Shown: positions 49,023-61,822 of the stretch, in pieces | How positions within the stretch are numbered: position 1 is the stretch's first letter | How the letters are laid out: each line of letters begins with the position of its first letter | Source: Persephonella sp. | GTDB lineage: Bacteria; Aquificota; Aquificia; Aquificales; Hydrogenothermaceae | DNA length: 64,000 nt | NCBI GenBank assembly: GCA_030949555.1 | Contig: JAUZSJ010000005.1 | Coordinates: forward strand, 917 to 64,916 | Reading direction: 5' to 3' | The notes under the pieces: model-generated | What the model was told of the DNA's origin: nothing | Databases searched by the model: none | What the model saw: only the letters and a program-made list of their open reading frames with translations | Translations under genes and position numbers: made by a program

Positions 49023-50449
49023 TTAAATATCGTAGTAGAGCTCAAACTCTTTTGGATGGGGAACAAGTCTTATCGCATCAACCTCTTCCTGCTTTGTTTC
49101 TATCCACATATTGATAAAGTCCTCATCCATTACACCACCTTTTGTGAGGAATTCCATGTCTTCTTTCAGGGCATCAATTGCTTCCTGCAGTGAGGCAGGT
49201 GTTGATGGGACGCTTGCAAGTTCTTCAGGTGGAAGTGAGTATATATCTTTGTCTAATGGCTCCCCGGGATGAATCTGGTTCTCAATTCCGTCTATAGCAG
49301 CCATCAGCAGTGCTGTAAATGCAAGGTATGGATTTGATGAAGCGTCAGGGAATCTAACCTCAATTCTTTTTGCTTTTGGTGACGCTGAACCCATAGGTAT
49401 TCTGATAGCTGCAGACCTGTTCCTTGCAGAGTAAGCTAATCTTACAGGTGCTTCAAATCCAGGAACAAGTCTGTGGTAGGAGTTTGTTGTTGGATTTGTA
49501 AATGCTGCTATTGCTTTTCCATGTTTTATGATGCCACCTATTGCATACAGTGCAACTTCAGAAAGACCTGCATACTGGTCTCCAGCGAACATATTTTCTC
49601 CACCTTTCCATATGGAAAAGTGGGTGTGCATTCCTGAACCATTATCCCCGGCAATTGGTTTTGGAAGGAATGTTACATACTTTCCGTGTCTGTACCCAAC
49701 ATTTCTCAGGACGTACTTGTATTTGAGAACATTGTCTCCTGTTGTAACAAGGTCAGAAAATCTGAAGTTTATCTCTCCTGTCCTGCAGTTCCAACCTCGT
49801 GGTGTTCTCTTTCTACTGTTATACCTACTTCTTCCAGTGTTTTTACCATATCCATTCTGATTTCTGCCATCTTGTCTAATGGAGGAACAGGGAAGTAACC
49901 TCTTTTGTAAGGTGTTTTGTATCCAAGGTTCGGCATCTCTTCCCTTGCAGTATTCCACCATCCTTCAACAGAGTCTATCTCATAGTAGGCTATGTTTGGT
50001 CCATTAACAAATTTGATATCATCAAATATAAAAAATTCAGCTTCCGGTCCAAAATAGGCTATATCACCGATTCCTGTTGATTTGAGGAACTCAATGGCCT
50101 TTTTTGCTATCTGTCTTGGGTCTCTGTTGTAGGGTTCTCTTGTGATAGGATCCTCAACATCACATACGAGAGAGATTGTTGGGTCTTCAATAAATGGGTC
50201 AATAAAGGCAGATTTTGGGTCTGGTATCAGAAGCATGTCAGATTCCTGAATTCCCTTCCAGCCTCTGATGGAGGAACCGTCAAAAGGAATTCCGTTTTCA
50301 AAGCTCTCTGCTGAGAACTCATGGGCTGGAATTGTGAGGTGTTGCCACTGACCGAATGGGTCAGAAAACTTCAGGTCAATAAAGGCAATGCCTTTTTCAG
50401 AAATAACCCTTAAAACATCGTCTGGTGTCTGGCACTGAATCATAGCCAT
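49023..50449 (-). CDS. glnA: Glutamine synthetase type I (frameshift near 49780)
   Basis: [45 protein letters not shown]. Confidence 0.97.
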
Positions 50450-50473
50450 AGAATAAACCTCCTGATTATTTAT

Positions 50474-50812
<339 letters not shown>

Positions 50813-50843
50813 CTACAACCTCCAGTTTACTGATATTTTTATA

Positions 50844-50861
50844 TTGCAAAAAACTTGCCAA
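50844..50861 (-). promoter_or_regulatory. Sigma54 (-24/-12) promoter of glnB-glnA
   Basis: Minus strand TTGGCAAGTTTTTTGCA (GG-N10-GC). Confidence 0.85.
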
Positions 50862-50899
50862 ATTTCTATAGCCTTTTAGCATAGATAACTGAAAATAGC

Positions 50900-50938
50900 T
50901 GCATATTTTATGTGCATCTGTTGCACCTTTTTTATGCA
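50900..50938. promoter_or_regulatory. Two NtrC-type enhancer sites
   Basis: TGCATATTTTATGTGCA (50900-50916) and TGCACCTTTTTTATGCA (50922-50938), both TGCA-N9-TGCA. Confidence 0.7.
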
Positions 50939-52365
50939 TTCAGGTCAAAAACGACCATTTTAATCTCTGTATAATCCTCAATGGCAAATTTTGGACCTTC
51001 CCTTCCTATTCCGCTTCCCTTTACACCACCATAGGGCATGTTGTCAGCTCTGAATGTTGGTATGTCATTTATTACAACTCCACCAACCTCTGCCTGCTGT
51101 ATAAACTTCCATGCATTGTTTATGCTGTTTGTGAACACTCCCACTTGAAGACCGTAGTTTGATTTGTTAACCAGTCTTATAGCCTCGTCTATATCTCTGA
51201 ACTTTTTTACTGTTACCACAGGGGCAAATGCTTCTTCGTAAAACAGTTTAGACTCTTCTGGAACATCAGTTATAACCGTTGGCTGGAATACAGTTTTTTC
51301 CTTTGCACAGGCTATTCCTCCCTTTACAACTTTTGCTCCCTTTTCAACAGCTTCCCTTATCCAGGACTGGATTCTGTTTACTTCGTCAACTGTTATTACT
51401 GGGCCAACATCTGTTTTTTCATCCATAGGGTCTCCAAATTTGAGCTTTGAAACTTCTTCTTTTAAAAGCTGTTGAAACTCCTCTGCAACATCTTCGTGAA
51501 CTAATATTCTCTGGACAGATATACACACCTGTCCTGCAACAGCAAAACCTCCTAAAACAGACTTCTTTGCTGCCTTTTCAAGGTCTGCATCTCTATCAAC
51601 AACAACAGCAGAGTTTGAGCCAAGTTCCATAACAATCTTTTTCAGCCCTGCCTGTTTTGCTATTATCTCTCCAACCTTAAGACTTCCTGTGAAAGAAACA
51701 ACCCTGACATCTAAGTGCGTTGTCATAGCCTGACCAACATCTGCAAAACCAGGAATAATAGAGACAGCTTCTTCAGGCACTCCAGCCTCTAAGAACAGCT
51801 GACATAGCATCGTTGGTGATAGAGGAGTTCTTTCGCTTGGTTTAAGCACAAAGGGGCATCCTGCTGCTATTGAAGGGGCAATTTTGTGGGCAGTCAGGTT
51901 CAGTGGAAAATTAAACGGTGTTATTGCGGCAACAATACCTGCCGGCTCTCTGAAGTAAAACCCTTTTTTTCCTTTTCCGTTTGGAACTGAGTCAATATGA
52001 ACATACTCTCCATGTATTCTTTTTGCTTCCTCAGCAGAAATGGTTATGGTTGAAATACATCTTTCAACTTCTGTTCTTGCTTCTCTTATTGTTTTTCCTA
52101 CTTCATAAACGATAGTTTTAGCAAACTCCTCTTTTTTTTGTTCTAAAAGATGTGCAACATTCATCAGTATTCTGTATTTTTCGTAGGAGCTGAGTTTTTT
52201 TAGTTTTTCAAGACCAATTTTTGCCTTTTCTACTGCTCTGTGAACATCCTCTGGAGAACCTTTTGGAACCTGACCAATTATTTGCTGTGTATATGGATAT
52301 ATAACATCTATTTTTTCTTCTTTATCTACAGGTTTTCCGCCTATTATCATAGGTAAGGTAATCAT
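50932..52365 (-). CDS. NAD(P)-dependent aldehyde dehydrogenase
   Basis: ITPFNFP, KPSE, FTGS, MELGSN, GQVC, EEAFAP, PYGGVKGSGIGREG. Confidence 0.93.
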   Translation of the reverse strand: MITLPMIIGGKPVDKEEKIDVIYPYTQQIIGQVPKGSPEDVHRAVEKAKIGLEKLKKLSSYEKYRILMNVAHLLEQKKEEFAKTIVYEVGKTIREARTEVERCISTITISAEEAKRIHGEYVHIDSVPNGKGKKGFYFREPAGIVAAITPFNFPLNLTAHKIAPSIAAGCPFVLKPSERTPLSPTMLCQLFLEAGVPEEAVSIIPGFADVGQAMTTHLDVRVVSFTGSLKVGEIIAKQAGLKKIVMELGSNSAVVVDRDADLEKAAKKSVLGGFAVAGQVCISVQRILVHEDVAEEFQQLLKEEVSKLKFGDPMDEKTDVGPVITVDEVNRIQSWIREAVEKGAKVVKGGIACAKEKTVFQPTVITDVPEESKLFYEEAFAPVVTVKKFRDIDEAIRLVNKSNYGLQVGVFTNSINNAWKFIQQAEVGGVVINDIPTFRADNMPYGGVKGSGIGREGPKFAIEDYTEIKMVVFDLNA

Positions 52366-52439
52366 CTGTCTGACCTCCCACTTTATAATAAATTTTAATA
52401 CAAAAATTGTTATATTTATACAAAAAGTGAAGGTGAGGT

Positions 52440-52986
52440 ATGCTTGAATACATAAAAGGAAAGATTGTAGATAAGGGAACAGATTTTGTTGTTGTTGAGG
52501 TAGGGAGTATCGGTTTTTTTGTTTACACCCCATCTGATTTTAATGTGGACTCCTTTGAGGAGATTTTTGTAAAGATGTTTATAAAGGAAGAAAGTCCTGT
52601 GATGTATGGCTTTAAAACAAGAGAAGACAGGGATTTGTTCGTTCAGCTCTTATCTGTCAGTGGTGTGGGAGTAAAACATGCTTTTTCTATCCTGAGCCGA
52701 TACACTGCCGGAGAGCTGTTGGAGATATTAGAGGAAGGAGATATTGAAGCATTAACAGATGTTCCCGGCATTGGTAAAAAAACAGCCCAGAGGATTATGC
52801 TGGAACTTAAGGGAAGAATTGATTTTATAAAAAATGAACTTGTGGAAGATGTTGTTAATGCCCTTATAAATCTTGGTTTCGAAAAAAAAGAGGCATTTTT
52901 CGCTGCTAAGGAAGCAGTTAGGGAAACAAAAGATCTGGAAACAGCAATAAAAAAAAGCCCTTCAAAAAATAACGGAAAAAAGATAG
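52440..52986 (+). CDS. ruvA: Holliday junction branch migration protein (indel in A-run near end)
   Basis: YGF, LLSVSGVG, VPGIGKKTAQRI.LEL, ALINLGF. Confidence 0.93.
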
Positions 52987-53030
52987 AATTTTATAGTTTT
53001 ATATCAACATATAAAGAAGGTGAAAGGGCA

Positions 53031-53979
53031 TTGTGGATATTAGGACAGCACGATGAACCAGTAAGGAAGACGAGAAATTCCATATTAGAACTTGTTGGCA
53101 ATACTCCTCTTATCAGGTTAGACAAATCCCTTCCTGATGATATAAAAGAAAAACCTGTTGAGATATACGCAAAGTTAGAAGGATACAATCCGGGAGGCTC
53201 TGTAAAAGACAGACCTGCAACAAGAATGATTGTTGAGGCTATAAGTTCAGGAAAACTAACAAAGGACAAAATCATATTAGATGCTACATCAGGTAATACA
53301 GGTATTGCCCTTGCAATGGTAGGAACAGCTTTAGGTTACAGGGTTGAACTTGCAATGCCTTCCAATGTCAGTGAAGAGAGGAAAAGGATAATTCAGGCTT
53401 ACGGTGCAAAGATACATTATACAGACCCACTTCAGAGCACAGATGGTGCAATTATCTATGTCAGGGAACTTATTGAAAAATATCCAGACAGACAATGATT
53501 ACATATGACCAGTATAATAACGATGCCAACTGGCGTTCCCATTTTTATTCTACTGCTGTGGAGATATGGAAACAGACGGAAGGTAGAATAACCCACTTTA
53601 TTGCAGGTATAGGAACAGGTGGAACTATAATGGGAACAGGGAGAAGGCTAAAGATATTCAATCCTGATATTCAGATTATAGGAGTTCAGCCTGACAGTCC
53701 TTTTCATGAATTGAAGGGTTGGAATGTATAGAAACTTCAATAAAGCCGGGAATATTTGATGAAAACCGCTTCAGACAGAACAATGTTTATAGAACAGATT
53801 CATCTTTCTTCTGGCTTAGAAACTTCTGCTAAAAAGAAGGGGTATTTGTAGGACAGTCTTCTGGAGCGGCATTTGAGGCGGCCATTCAGATGGCAAGAGA
53901 GATAAAGGAAGGGGTTATTGTATTTGTGTGTCCTGATGGGGGAGAGAAATATCTCACAACTGCCCTGTGGGAGTATTAA
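53031..53979 (+). CDS. cysM: PLP-dependent cysteine synthase (CysM-like, frameshifted)
   Basis: VGNTPL, KLEGYNPGGSVKDR, ATSGNTG, GTGGT, PDGGEKYL. Confidence 0.88.
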
Positions 53980-55200
53980 AGGTCTGCATTATCTGCTTCC
54001 ACTGCATTAATCAGTTTTTCTGATATGTCTGGAAGAGCAGCTCTTACCCTGACCCAGGCAGACATAAGGGGAACTCCAATCGGGTCATTTCTGAAATCCT
54101 CTTCTGCCATCTTTAAAGCCTGAACAAATGCCTCTATTGCTTCAATCCCTGCCGTGCCTGTCGTATTCTAAACCGTTTATCAGGGACAGAGCGTTGTATT
54201 TCTCAATTGCATATCTTGCCTCCTGCAGATATGTAGTTATCAGCGTTCTGAAAAAGCTGTCAGAAAACACGAATCCGTCGTGGGCCAAAACTCTGAAAAG
54301 TGTTTTTGCTATGTCTGCTGCCATTTTTACCGAGGCCCTCTCTGGAAAGGTACTCCCTTTTTGAGCACCTGATGTTTGTGCTCGTAGGTTTCCATAACCT
54401 CAACCTGACACACCCTGTTGAAAGATGTGTTGTTGTAGACCTCACTGAGCATGGAAACCTCCAATCCCCATGTTGGAGATATTCTTATACCCCGGGCTAA
54501 GCTTCTGATAAAGGCAAACTCTCCAGATAGAGCATATCTGAAGCTGTCAAGATAAACTAAAACTGTTTATATCCTAATATCTTCATCAAAGCCCTTATTA
54601 GTGGTGTGTAAAACAGTCTTGTTACTCTGCCGTAAAGCTTGTTAGTTACCCTTGCGTAGTAGCCCTTTGCAAACTCAAAGTCCAGAGCAGGGGAAACAAC
54701 AGGGTAGAGCAGTCTTGCAGGGAGTTCCCTTGAGTAGTTAACAATATCACAGTCGTGGAGGGCTATTGCATATGCTTTAACGTCAGATAGTATGTATCCA
54801 AGAGACATCCATACAGAGCGCCCCTTTCCCGGTATGCTTACGTTAAATCCAGCATCTGCAAGAAGACTGTATAGATTCTGCATTCTGGGTCCGTCGTGCC
54901 ATATAACATCAACCTTTGTAGGAATTTCTGACATTATTTTTTTTTAACTTTTCTGAACTGCTCCTCTGTTGCCCTGTCAAGGGAGAGGACAATTTTGTAT
55001 AAGTATCTCGATTTTTTTAAGCTCTTCAACAATTCGTGGCATTGCAGGTCCTTCAAATTCTGAATAAAGGGAAGGTAGGAGAAGGACCATATTTCTTCTC
55101 TGGGCAAAAAGCTCAAGTTCATACTCAAGCTTCCTCCTAAAGACCTGCTTCCAAGTTTTTGCAGTGTAGTTATAACGCCATTCTGGAAAAAGTCAGCCAT
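53976..55200 (-). CDS. gpgS: Glucosyl-3-phosphoglycerate synthase (frameshifted)
   Basis: MADFFQNGVITTL, GKGRSVW, ALHDCDI, KGYYAR..YGRVTRL, RYALSGEF; next to gpgP. Confidence 0.85.
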
Positions 55201-56461
55201 TTAACCCTCCTGATTCCATATTTTTATAAGGTAATCTTTCATATTTTCAAAAATTTCTGCCTGTCTGTTGTAATACTCCTCCGCTTCCTCGTTGTTTTTA
55301 TCCTTCAGCTCGTTCACTAATGATGCTACCCTTCCGTTGTATAGAGGTATCATTGTGTCAAGGACTTTAAACTTCTGTCTTGGCGTTCTTCTGAAGTAAT
55401 CGGCGTAACGGTAAACAATTCTGACCCATGTTTCAATTGGGATGATAAACTTCTCCACATCTTCTTCCATAAACAGTTTTTCTATTATCTTAAAATCTTC
55501 TTCTTCTAATATTGAGTGCCATACTCCTGCAAAGTTGTTGTATCCTATCTTGAAATATTCTATCAGTGCTGTCTGGTCTATCTCAAAAGGTTCAGGCTCT
55601 TCACCAATTGTTTCTCCCACAACAGGAACATCCTTTGAACCCTTTACCTGTTTCCAGTAATCTTCATACTCTTCCATCAGTTTGAATATTGTTCCAACAA
55701 CCTCCCTGTACATGTGGGAGAGGTCTTTTCCCGGGTCCTTTTCCTGATGAATTTTTGCTCCCAATCTTGCCTGACATATGTTGTATCCATCAACAATAGC
55801 TGTTGTTGTCATCCATATGTCTATGCCAAAATTTTGCAACATCTGTTTCCCATACATCCTTGTCTAAGTAATTTTTTATAAGCTTGCCTGACATTCCAAA
55901 ATCTCCACCAATAGGCTGCCTTATTCTGTATCCGTATAACACCCTTGTAAGGTTGTAAGCTATTGTGTTTGTTATTGTTCCGTCGAACTTGTATCTTCTG
56001 TAGTATGGGCAGACATAGTCGTACCCATCGTAGATAGGTTGAATAATGTTTTTTACCCATTCTGGTGTTATAGACCTGAGGTCCGAATCAAACGTTGCAA
56101 CGGCTTCAGCTCTTAAAAATTCTGCTGCTTCAAATACAGCCCTTAAAGCTGAGCCTTTTCCGGGTATTCCTCTGTATATGGTCACAATCTTTTCAATGTT
56201 ATATCGGGAAATGTCCACCTCTTCAGCAACTTCTCTTGTGTCGTCTGTAGAGCCACCGTCTGAAACAAATATGAGACATTTTTTGTCGCTGAAATATCTG
56301 TCAAGACCTGATGCTACCTGCTCAATAACGTGAGATATGGTAAACTGACTGTAATAGGCTGGTATTCCTACAACAATATCTGCGTATCCAAGAGATTCTA
56401 TCTTTTTTCTGGCATCTTCCCTCAGTGCTGTTGAAAATCTTGCCCGTGGCAGAACTATCAT
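55201..56461 (-). CDS. ggs: Glucosylglycerate synthase (single-step, GT2-like; frameshifted)
   Basis: SDGGSTDDT, GKGSALRA, FDSDLRS, RQPIGGDFG, FGIDIWMT. Confidence 0.8.
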
Positions 56462-56462
56462 G

Positions 56463-57759
56463 TTACCCCTCCACCATTATAATTGTTATATCCATAACAT
56501 TTGTCCCTGTGTATCCTGTCTTTATCAGGTTACCTGTTTTGCTGAAAAATGAGTAAGAATCGTTGTTGCTGAGATACTGGTTTATGTCAAGGCTCAGCTC
56601 CTGCGCTCTTATAAATGTATCCCTGTCAACTACTGCCCCTGCTGCATCGGAATTTCCGTCAATCCCATCTGTTCCTCCAGAAAGAACTGTTATCCCTTCT
56701 GTGTTTTTTATCTCTTCCAGTACAGACAGACATAGTTCCTGATTTCTTCCACCCTTTCCATTTCCCCTGACTGTTACAGTTGTCTCCCCGCCGGAAAGGA
56801 GAATAACTGGAGGTTTAAAAGGATTGCCAGACTTTTTTATCTCTTTTGCAATAGATATTAACACTTTTGCCACTTCCCTTGCTTCTCCTTTCATCTGGGA
56901 TGTCATAATGACCGCAGGGAACCTTTTTTCCGCCTCCTGCTTTATTTTTTTCAGTGCTGTTATGTTGTTCCCTATAATGTAATGTTTTATGTTTGGGTTT
57001 TCTTCTTTAGGTGTTTCCGGTGTTTCCCCACATACACCATCTTCTATCACTTTCTTTACAGATGGAGGGATTTTATTCCACAGGTTGTATTTTACCAGAA
57101 TGTTCTTTGCCTGCTGGTATGTGGAAGGGTCAAAGTATAAGGGGGCTGAGCCGATGGTAAAAAGGTCATCCCCCACAACATCTGATATTACTAAAACGAC
57201 CCCTTTTGCCTTTGTGGCCCTTCCTAACCTTCCACCTTTTATCATGGATATATGTTTTCTTATGATGTTTATCTCTTCAATAGGAACGGAAGTTTCAAGA
57301 AGGAGCTGGTGTTGTCTGTTTCAGGTCTTCCAGTGTGATTGGAGGGACAGGTTTTTCTATCAGGGCTGAACTTCCTCCGGAGAGGAGATATATGAAAAAG
57401 TCATCTTTTTTTAGAGATGAGATTTTTTTCAGAAGAGCTTCTGCCCCTTTTATACTGTTTTCGTCAGGAACTGGATGGGAGCCTTTTATAACTGTTGTTT
57501 TTTTCAGCTTTTCTGTGTAATTGCATACTACAATGCCTTCTTTTATGTAGTCTCCTAATATACTTTCAACAGCCTTTGCCATCTGGACGGATGCTTTCCC
57601 ACTGCCAAAGAGATATATATCTTTTTTTAATGGATACAAATCCTGCGATACTTTTAGCTCGTTTTCTGAAATGGAAAGGTGCTCAGGTATCAGATTTTCT
57701 GGCTTTACTGCTTCTATTCCTGATAGAAACAGCTCAGTGAGAAATGTTCTCATACTCAT
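56463..57759 (-). CDS. Glycerate kinase (MOFRL family, frameshifted)
   Basis: GSGKA, HPVPD, LSGGSSAL, KGG.L, SGGETTV, GGRNQE, GTDGIDG, TGTNVMD. Confidence 0.92.
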
Positions 57760-58543
57760 CTAAAATTCTCCAGACCACCTGATTCCATCCTCTGCTCCCA
57801 GGAAAATCTGCTTTGGCAATACCTGACAGATTGATTTTTTCATACTGTTTATTAATTTTTGGAATGAGGACAGGAATGTCAACTGCTTCAAGCATAGGAA
57901 TGTCGTTTCTGCTGTCTCCTATGCCTACAGTTTTTATATTTTTCAGATGTTTTCTGAATATCTGTGTTGTTATTTTTACAGCTTTTCCCTTATCCTGATT
58001 TTTGCCTATAAGGTGATAAAATCTGCCTCCTTCTGTTATTTTCAGGTTGTGTTTTTTAGCTTCCTTTTCTAACCGGGATAGAATTTCAGGGTTTTCTATT
58101 ATAAATGGCTCTGTAAACTCTCTGATTTTTGCTAATCTTGCTTTTTCAATAGGAAGGTCTGTAAGACTGGTAATCTCTTCTGCTGTCATGTCTCCAAATC
58201 CTTTTATCTTGAATCTACCTCTTACCTTTTCAACAAACTTTCTTATGTACCTGTAACTTTCACCTAAGATTATCACTCTATATCCATTAATCTGGGGAAA
58301 GTTTAACTGGAAATTTCTGTATCCTTCAGGGAAAAATACAGCTGCTCCGTTTTCTACTATGAAAGGTTCTTTTATCCCTATTTCCTTTTGCAGAAGTTCT
58401 ACTTCTGCCCTTGTTTTACTCGTTGTAAATATAAGGGGTATCTTTCGTTGTTTAATCCTGTTCAGCGATGGAAGAGCATCTGCATATGAATAATCGTCGT
58501 GGTTCAAAAGTGAACCGTCTAAGTCGGTGAATATCACTATCAT
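57734..58543 (-). CDS. gpgP: Glucosyl-3-phosphoglycerate phosphatase (HAD-IIB)
   Basis: FTDLDGSLL, TSKTRAE, ENG, GGRFYH, GDSRNDIPML. Confidence 0.88.
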   Translation of the reverse strand: MIVIFTDLDGSLLNHDDYSYADALPSLNRIKQRKIPLIFTTSKTRAEVELLQKEIGIKEPFIVENGAAVFFPEGYRNFQLNFPQINGYRVIILGESYRYIRKFVEKVRGRFKIKGFGDMTAEEITSLTDLPIEKARLAKIREFTEPFIIENPEILSRLEKEAKKHNLKITEGGRFYHLIGKNQDKGKAVKITTQIFRKHLKNIKTVGIGDSRNDIPMLEAVDIPVLIPKINKQYEKINLSGIAKADFPGSRGWNQVVWRILDEYENISH

Positions 58544-59539
58544 TACTCACCTGATGGCAGGATTACTGTAAATTTAGAGCCCTCCCCAAATCTGCTTTCC
58601 ACTTCCACCTTTCCGTTATGGGCTTCAGTTATATGTTTTACTATGGAAAGACCAAGACCTGTTCCGCCAACATTCCTGCTTCTGGATTTGTCTACCCTGT
58701 AAAATCTTTCAAAAATTAATGGAAGAGACTCTTTTGGTATGCCTATGCCTGTGTCTATGACAGATATGCAGACTCTATCACCTTTTAGTACAGACTCTAC
58801 TGTGACAGTTCCCCCTTTCTTGTTATACTTTATTGCATTTTCAATCAGATTTTTCATCAGTATTACAAACTTTTTCTCATCAACAAAGACAGTAAACTCT
58901 GGAGAAACTTTATTTTTCAGTTTAACCTTTTTTTCCTCGGCTATGTCTTTGAGGTCTTCAAAGACACTGTTTACTATTCCTTTTAGTTTTACTTCCTTTT
59001 TCTGTATTTTCTCCTCTTTTGATTCTAACTTTGCCAGTATAAGAAGGTCGTTTATAAGGCTGTCCATCTGCTGGATGCGGTTTTTTGCCTTTTTAAGGAA
59101 TGTTTTTATAACTTCAGGGTCATCCTCGTTTTCTAATGTTTCTATAACCCCTTTCAGTACTGTTATAGGTGTTTTCAGCTCGTGAGATACGTTGGAAACA
59201 AAATCTTTTTTTGCCTGCTTGTATATCTCAAATGGTGTTATGTCCTGAAAGTGTATAACCTTCATGCCGTTTATGTTTAGAACCCTTGCAAGAAATATGT
59301 CGTCGTTTATAACAATCTCTTCCTTTAGCTCTTTTTTTATGTCTGCACTGATGAGGGAGTAGAGATAGTTATTTTTTACAACTTCTGAAAACAGTTTTCC
59401 TTCAGGATTTTTTATACCAAGAAGATTTTTTTGCATACCTGTTCATATACTGGATATTTTTTTTGCTGTCAATAACAATCAGACCTTCCTTCAGGTAGTC
59501 TAAAAAAGAGATAAGAACATTTTCTAAACTGTCTTTCAT
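58543..59539 (-). CDS. phoR: PhoR-like histidine kinase, PAS-HisKA-HATPase, no TM (frameshift near 59430)
   Basis: FVSNVSHELKTP, NLIENAIKY, DTGIGI, FERFYRVDKSRSR..GGTGLGL. Confidence 0.88.
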
Positions 59540-60195
59540 TCCTCACCTAAGTTCTGATGTCTGAGCATTTTACCTTCTTTCATGTATATCACTTCTTCAG
59601 CTAAGTTTGTTGCTATGTCTGCTACCCTTTCAAGATTAGAAGATACAGTAATCAGCCTTATACCTACCTTTATGTTTTTTGGGTCTTCTACCATGTATGT
59701 GTATAATTCCCTTATTATCTGCTCGTGAAGTGCGTCAACCTTGTCGTCCCTTTTGATAACTTCTCTGGCAAGTTCTGTGTCTAATGTTTCTAATGCCTTT
59801 ACAGCATCTTTAACCATTCCCATAACAATGTCTGTCATAACAGGCAGGTCCACATACTCTTTCAGTTTTGGTTTTGTCAGTATTCTCTCTGCCTGTTCTT
59901 TTATGTTTTCTGCATGGTCTCCTATTCTCTCAAGGTCTCTGTTTACGAACAGGTCCATAACTAATATTCTGAGATATTTTGCCTCTGGCTGAAATCTTGC
60001 AATAGTTGTTATTATGAGTGTCTCATTTTCTACTTCCATCTGGTCAACCTGAGGCTCAAGTTCGTCAACTACTTTTAGATACTCTGGATTGTGCTCTATG
60101 ATTGCTTTTACAGCATTTTCTATCATAAGGTCTGCAAGCTCTGCCATCTTTATCAGTCTATCTCTAATTTCTTCAAGTCTTGGTTTTAAGAGCAT
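59536..60195 (-). CDS. phoU: Phosphate signalling protein PhoU
   Basis: DLERIGDHAENI, NLERVADIATNLAEEVIY. Confidence 0.96.
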   Translation of the reverse strand: MLLKPRLEEIRDRLIKMAELADLMIENAVKAIIEHNPEYLKVVDELEPQVDQMEVENETLIITTIARFQPEAKYLRILVMDLFVNRDLERIGDHAENIKEQAERILTKPKLKEYVDLPVMTDIVMGMVKDAVKALETLDTELAREVIKRDDKVDALHEQIIRELYTYMVEDPKNIKVGIRLITVSSNLERVADIATNLAEEVIYMKEGKMLRHQNLGEE

Positions 60196-60207
60196 CTTTT
60201 CCCCCCT

Positions 60208-60975
60208 TTATCCAAATCTTCCACTGACATAATCTTCTGTCAGTTTTTTCTTAGGAGATGTAAATATAATATCAGTTTTGTCAAATTCAATAAGCTCTCC
60301 TAAATACATAAAGGCAGTGTAGTCTGAAACCCTTGCTGCCTGCTGCATGTTGTGGGTAACAATTATAATAGTGACTGTGTCTTTCAGACTGACTACTAAC
60401 TCCTCTATCTTGCTTGTTGATATTGGGTCTAAGGCTGATGTTGGCTCGTCAAACAATAGCACTTCCGGTTCCACAGCTAAAGCTCTTGCAATAACCAGTC
60501 TCTGCTGCTGTCCCCCTGATAGTCCATTTGCCGAGTCTTTAAGTCTGTCTTTAACCTCTTCCCAGAGAGCTGCCTGTTTTAATGCCTTTTCTACTCTTCC
60601 TTCTAACTCAGACCTGTTTTTTATTCCTCTTAGCTTCAGGCCATATGCAACATTGTCAAATACTGACATAGGAAATGGAGTAGGTTTTTGAAAAACCATT
60701 CCTACTTTTGACCTGAGTTCTATCAGGTCTATGTTGTCAGATAAAATGTTCTGTCCATCTAACAGTATTTCTCCTTCATATCTGTTTCCGTGATAAAGGT
60801 CGTGCATACGGTTAAAGGAACGAAGCAGTGTTGTTTTACCGCACCCAGAAGGACCAATCAGGGCAGTAACTCTATTCTGGTATACTGAAAGGTTTATATT
60901 TTTCAGTGCAGGCCTGTCAGTTCCTGCATAATAAAAGGAGAAGTTTTTAACCTCTATTTTTATCTTTTCTTCCAT
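60208..60975 (-). CDS. pstB: Phosphate ABC transporter ATPase
   Basis: [34 protein letters not shown]. Confidence 0.97.
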   Translation of the reverse strand: MEEKIKIEVKNFSFYYAGTDRPALKNINLSVYQNRVTALIGPSGCGKTTLLRSFNRMHDLYHGNRYEGEILLDGQNILSDNIDLIELRSKVGMVFQKPTPFPMSVFDNVAYGLKLRGIKNRSELEGRVEKALKQAALWEEVKDRLKDSANGLSGGQQQRLVIARALAVEPEVLLFDEPTSALDPISTSKIEELVVSLKDTVTIIIVTHNMQQAARVSDYTAFMYLGELIEFDKTDIIFTSPKKKLTEDYVSGRFG

Positions 60976-61818
60976 TTAAATTTTATACCTCCAGTGGATG
61001 ATAGACCTTGTTACTATGGTTACTATAAGTATAACAACAGTTATAATAAATGCGGCAGCCCATGCTTTCTCGTGCCAGTCCTCATAAGGTCCCATAGCGT
61101 AGTTGAATATGGTAACAGTTAACGATGCTATTGGTTCGTTCATATTCAGTGTGAAGTAGGAGTTGTTAAAGGAAGTAAATAGCAGTGGAGCTGTTTCTCC
61201 TGCAACCCTTGCAATTGCTAAAATTATACCTGTCAGTATTCCTGTTGCTGCTGCTCTGTAGACAATATCCTTTATCACCCTGAAATAAGAAGCTCCTAAG
61301 GCAAAGGCGGCTTCCCTTAGTGTCCATGGAACAAGTTTGAGCATGTCTTCTGTGGTTCTCAGAACAACCGGTATCATAATGAAGGCGAGGGCAGCAGATC
61401 CAGCCCAACCACTGAAATGTCCGAAGGGTTTAACCATTACTGCATATATAAATGTTCCAACAACTATGGATGGAACACTGACCATTATGTCTGACAGTAT
61501 ACTGATAAGCTGAGCAAACCTGGTTCCCCTTGCATATTCTGCTATAAATGTTCCTCCTAAAACTCCAAGTGGAACGCCTATTATAGTTGCAACAGATGTT
61601 ATAAGGAGCTGTCCAATAAAGGCATTTCTCAGTCCTCCTTCCGGTATACCGGGAGGAGCAGGGTCCTCTAAAAAAAGGTCTAAATTCAGAGCTGTAATAC
61701 CATGTCTTAAGACATCAAAAATGATAAACACAAGCCAGAATAACCCCATGAATGCAGCTACTGTAGAGAAAACCAGAGCAATACTGCCTTTTATCTTTCT
61801 TTTTGTCTTTATATTCAT
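60976..61818 (-). CDS. pstA: Phosphate ABC transporter permease
   Basis: VPSIVVG, LREAAFALGA, ARVAGETAPLL. Confidence 0.95.
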   Translation of the reverse strand: MNIKTKRKIKGSIALVFSTVAAFMGLFWLVFIIFDVLRHGITALNLDLFLEDPAPPGIPEGGLRNAFIGQLLITSVATIIGVPLGVLGGTFIAEYARGTRFAQLISILSDIMVSVPSIVVGTFIYAVMVKPFGHFSGWAGSAALAFIMIPVVLRTTEDMLKLVPWTLREAAFALGASYFRVIKDIVYRAAATGILTGIILAIARVAGETAPLLFTSFNNSYFTLNMNEPIASLTVTIFNYAMGPYEDWHEKAWAAAFIITVVILIVTIVTRSIIHWRYKI

Positions 61819-61822
61819 CCTG

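Noticed and set aside
52440-53498. Apparent RuvA-CysM fusion ORF
   Set aside because: An extra A in the A-run near 52950 removes the ruvA stop (TAG 52984-52986); cysM has its own RBS and TTG start at 53031
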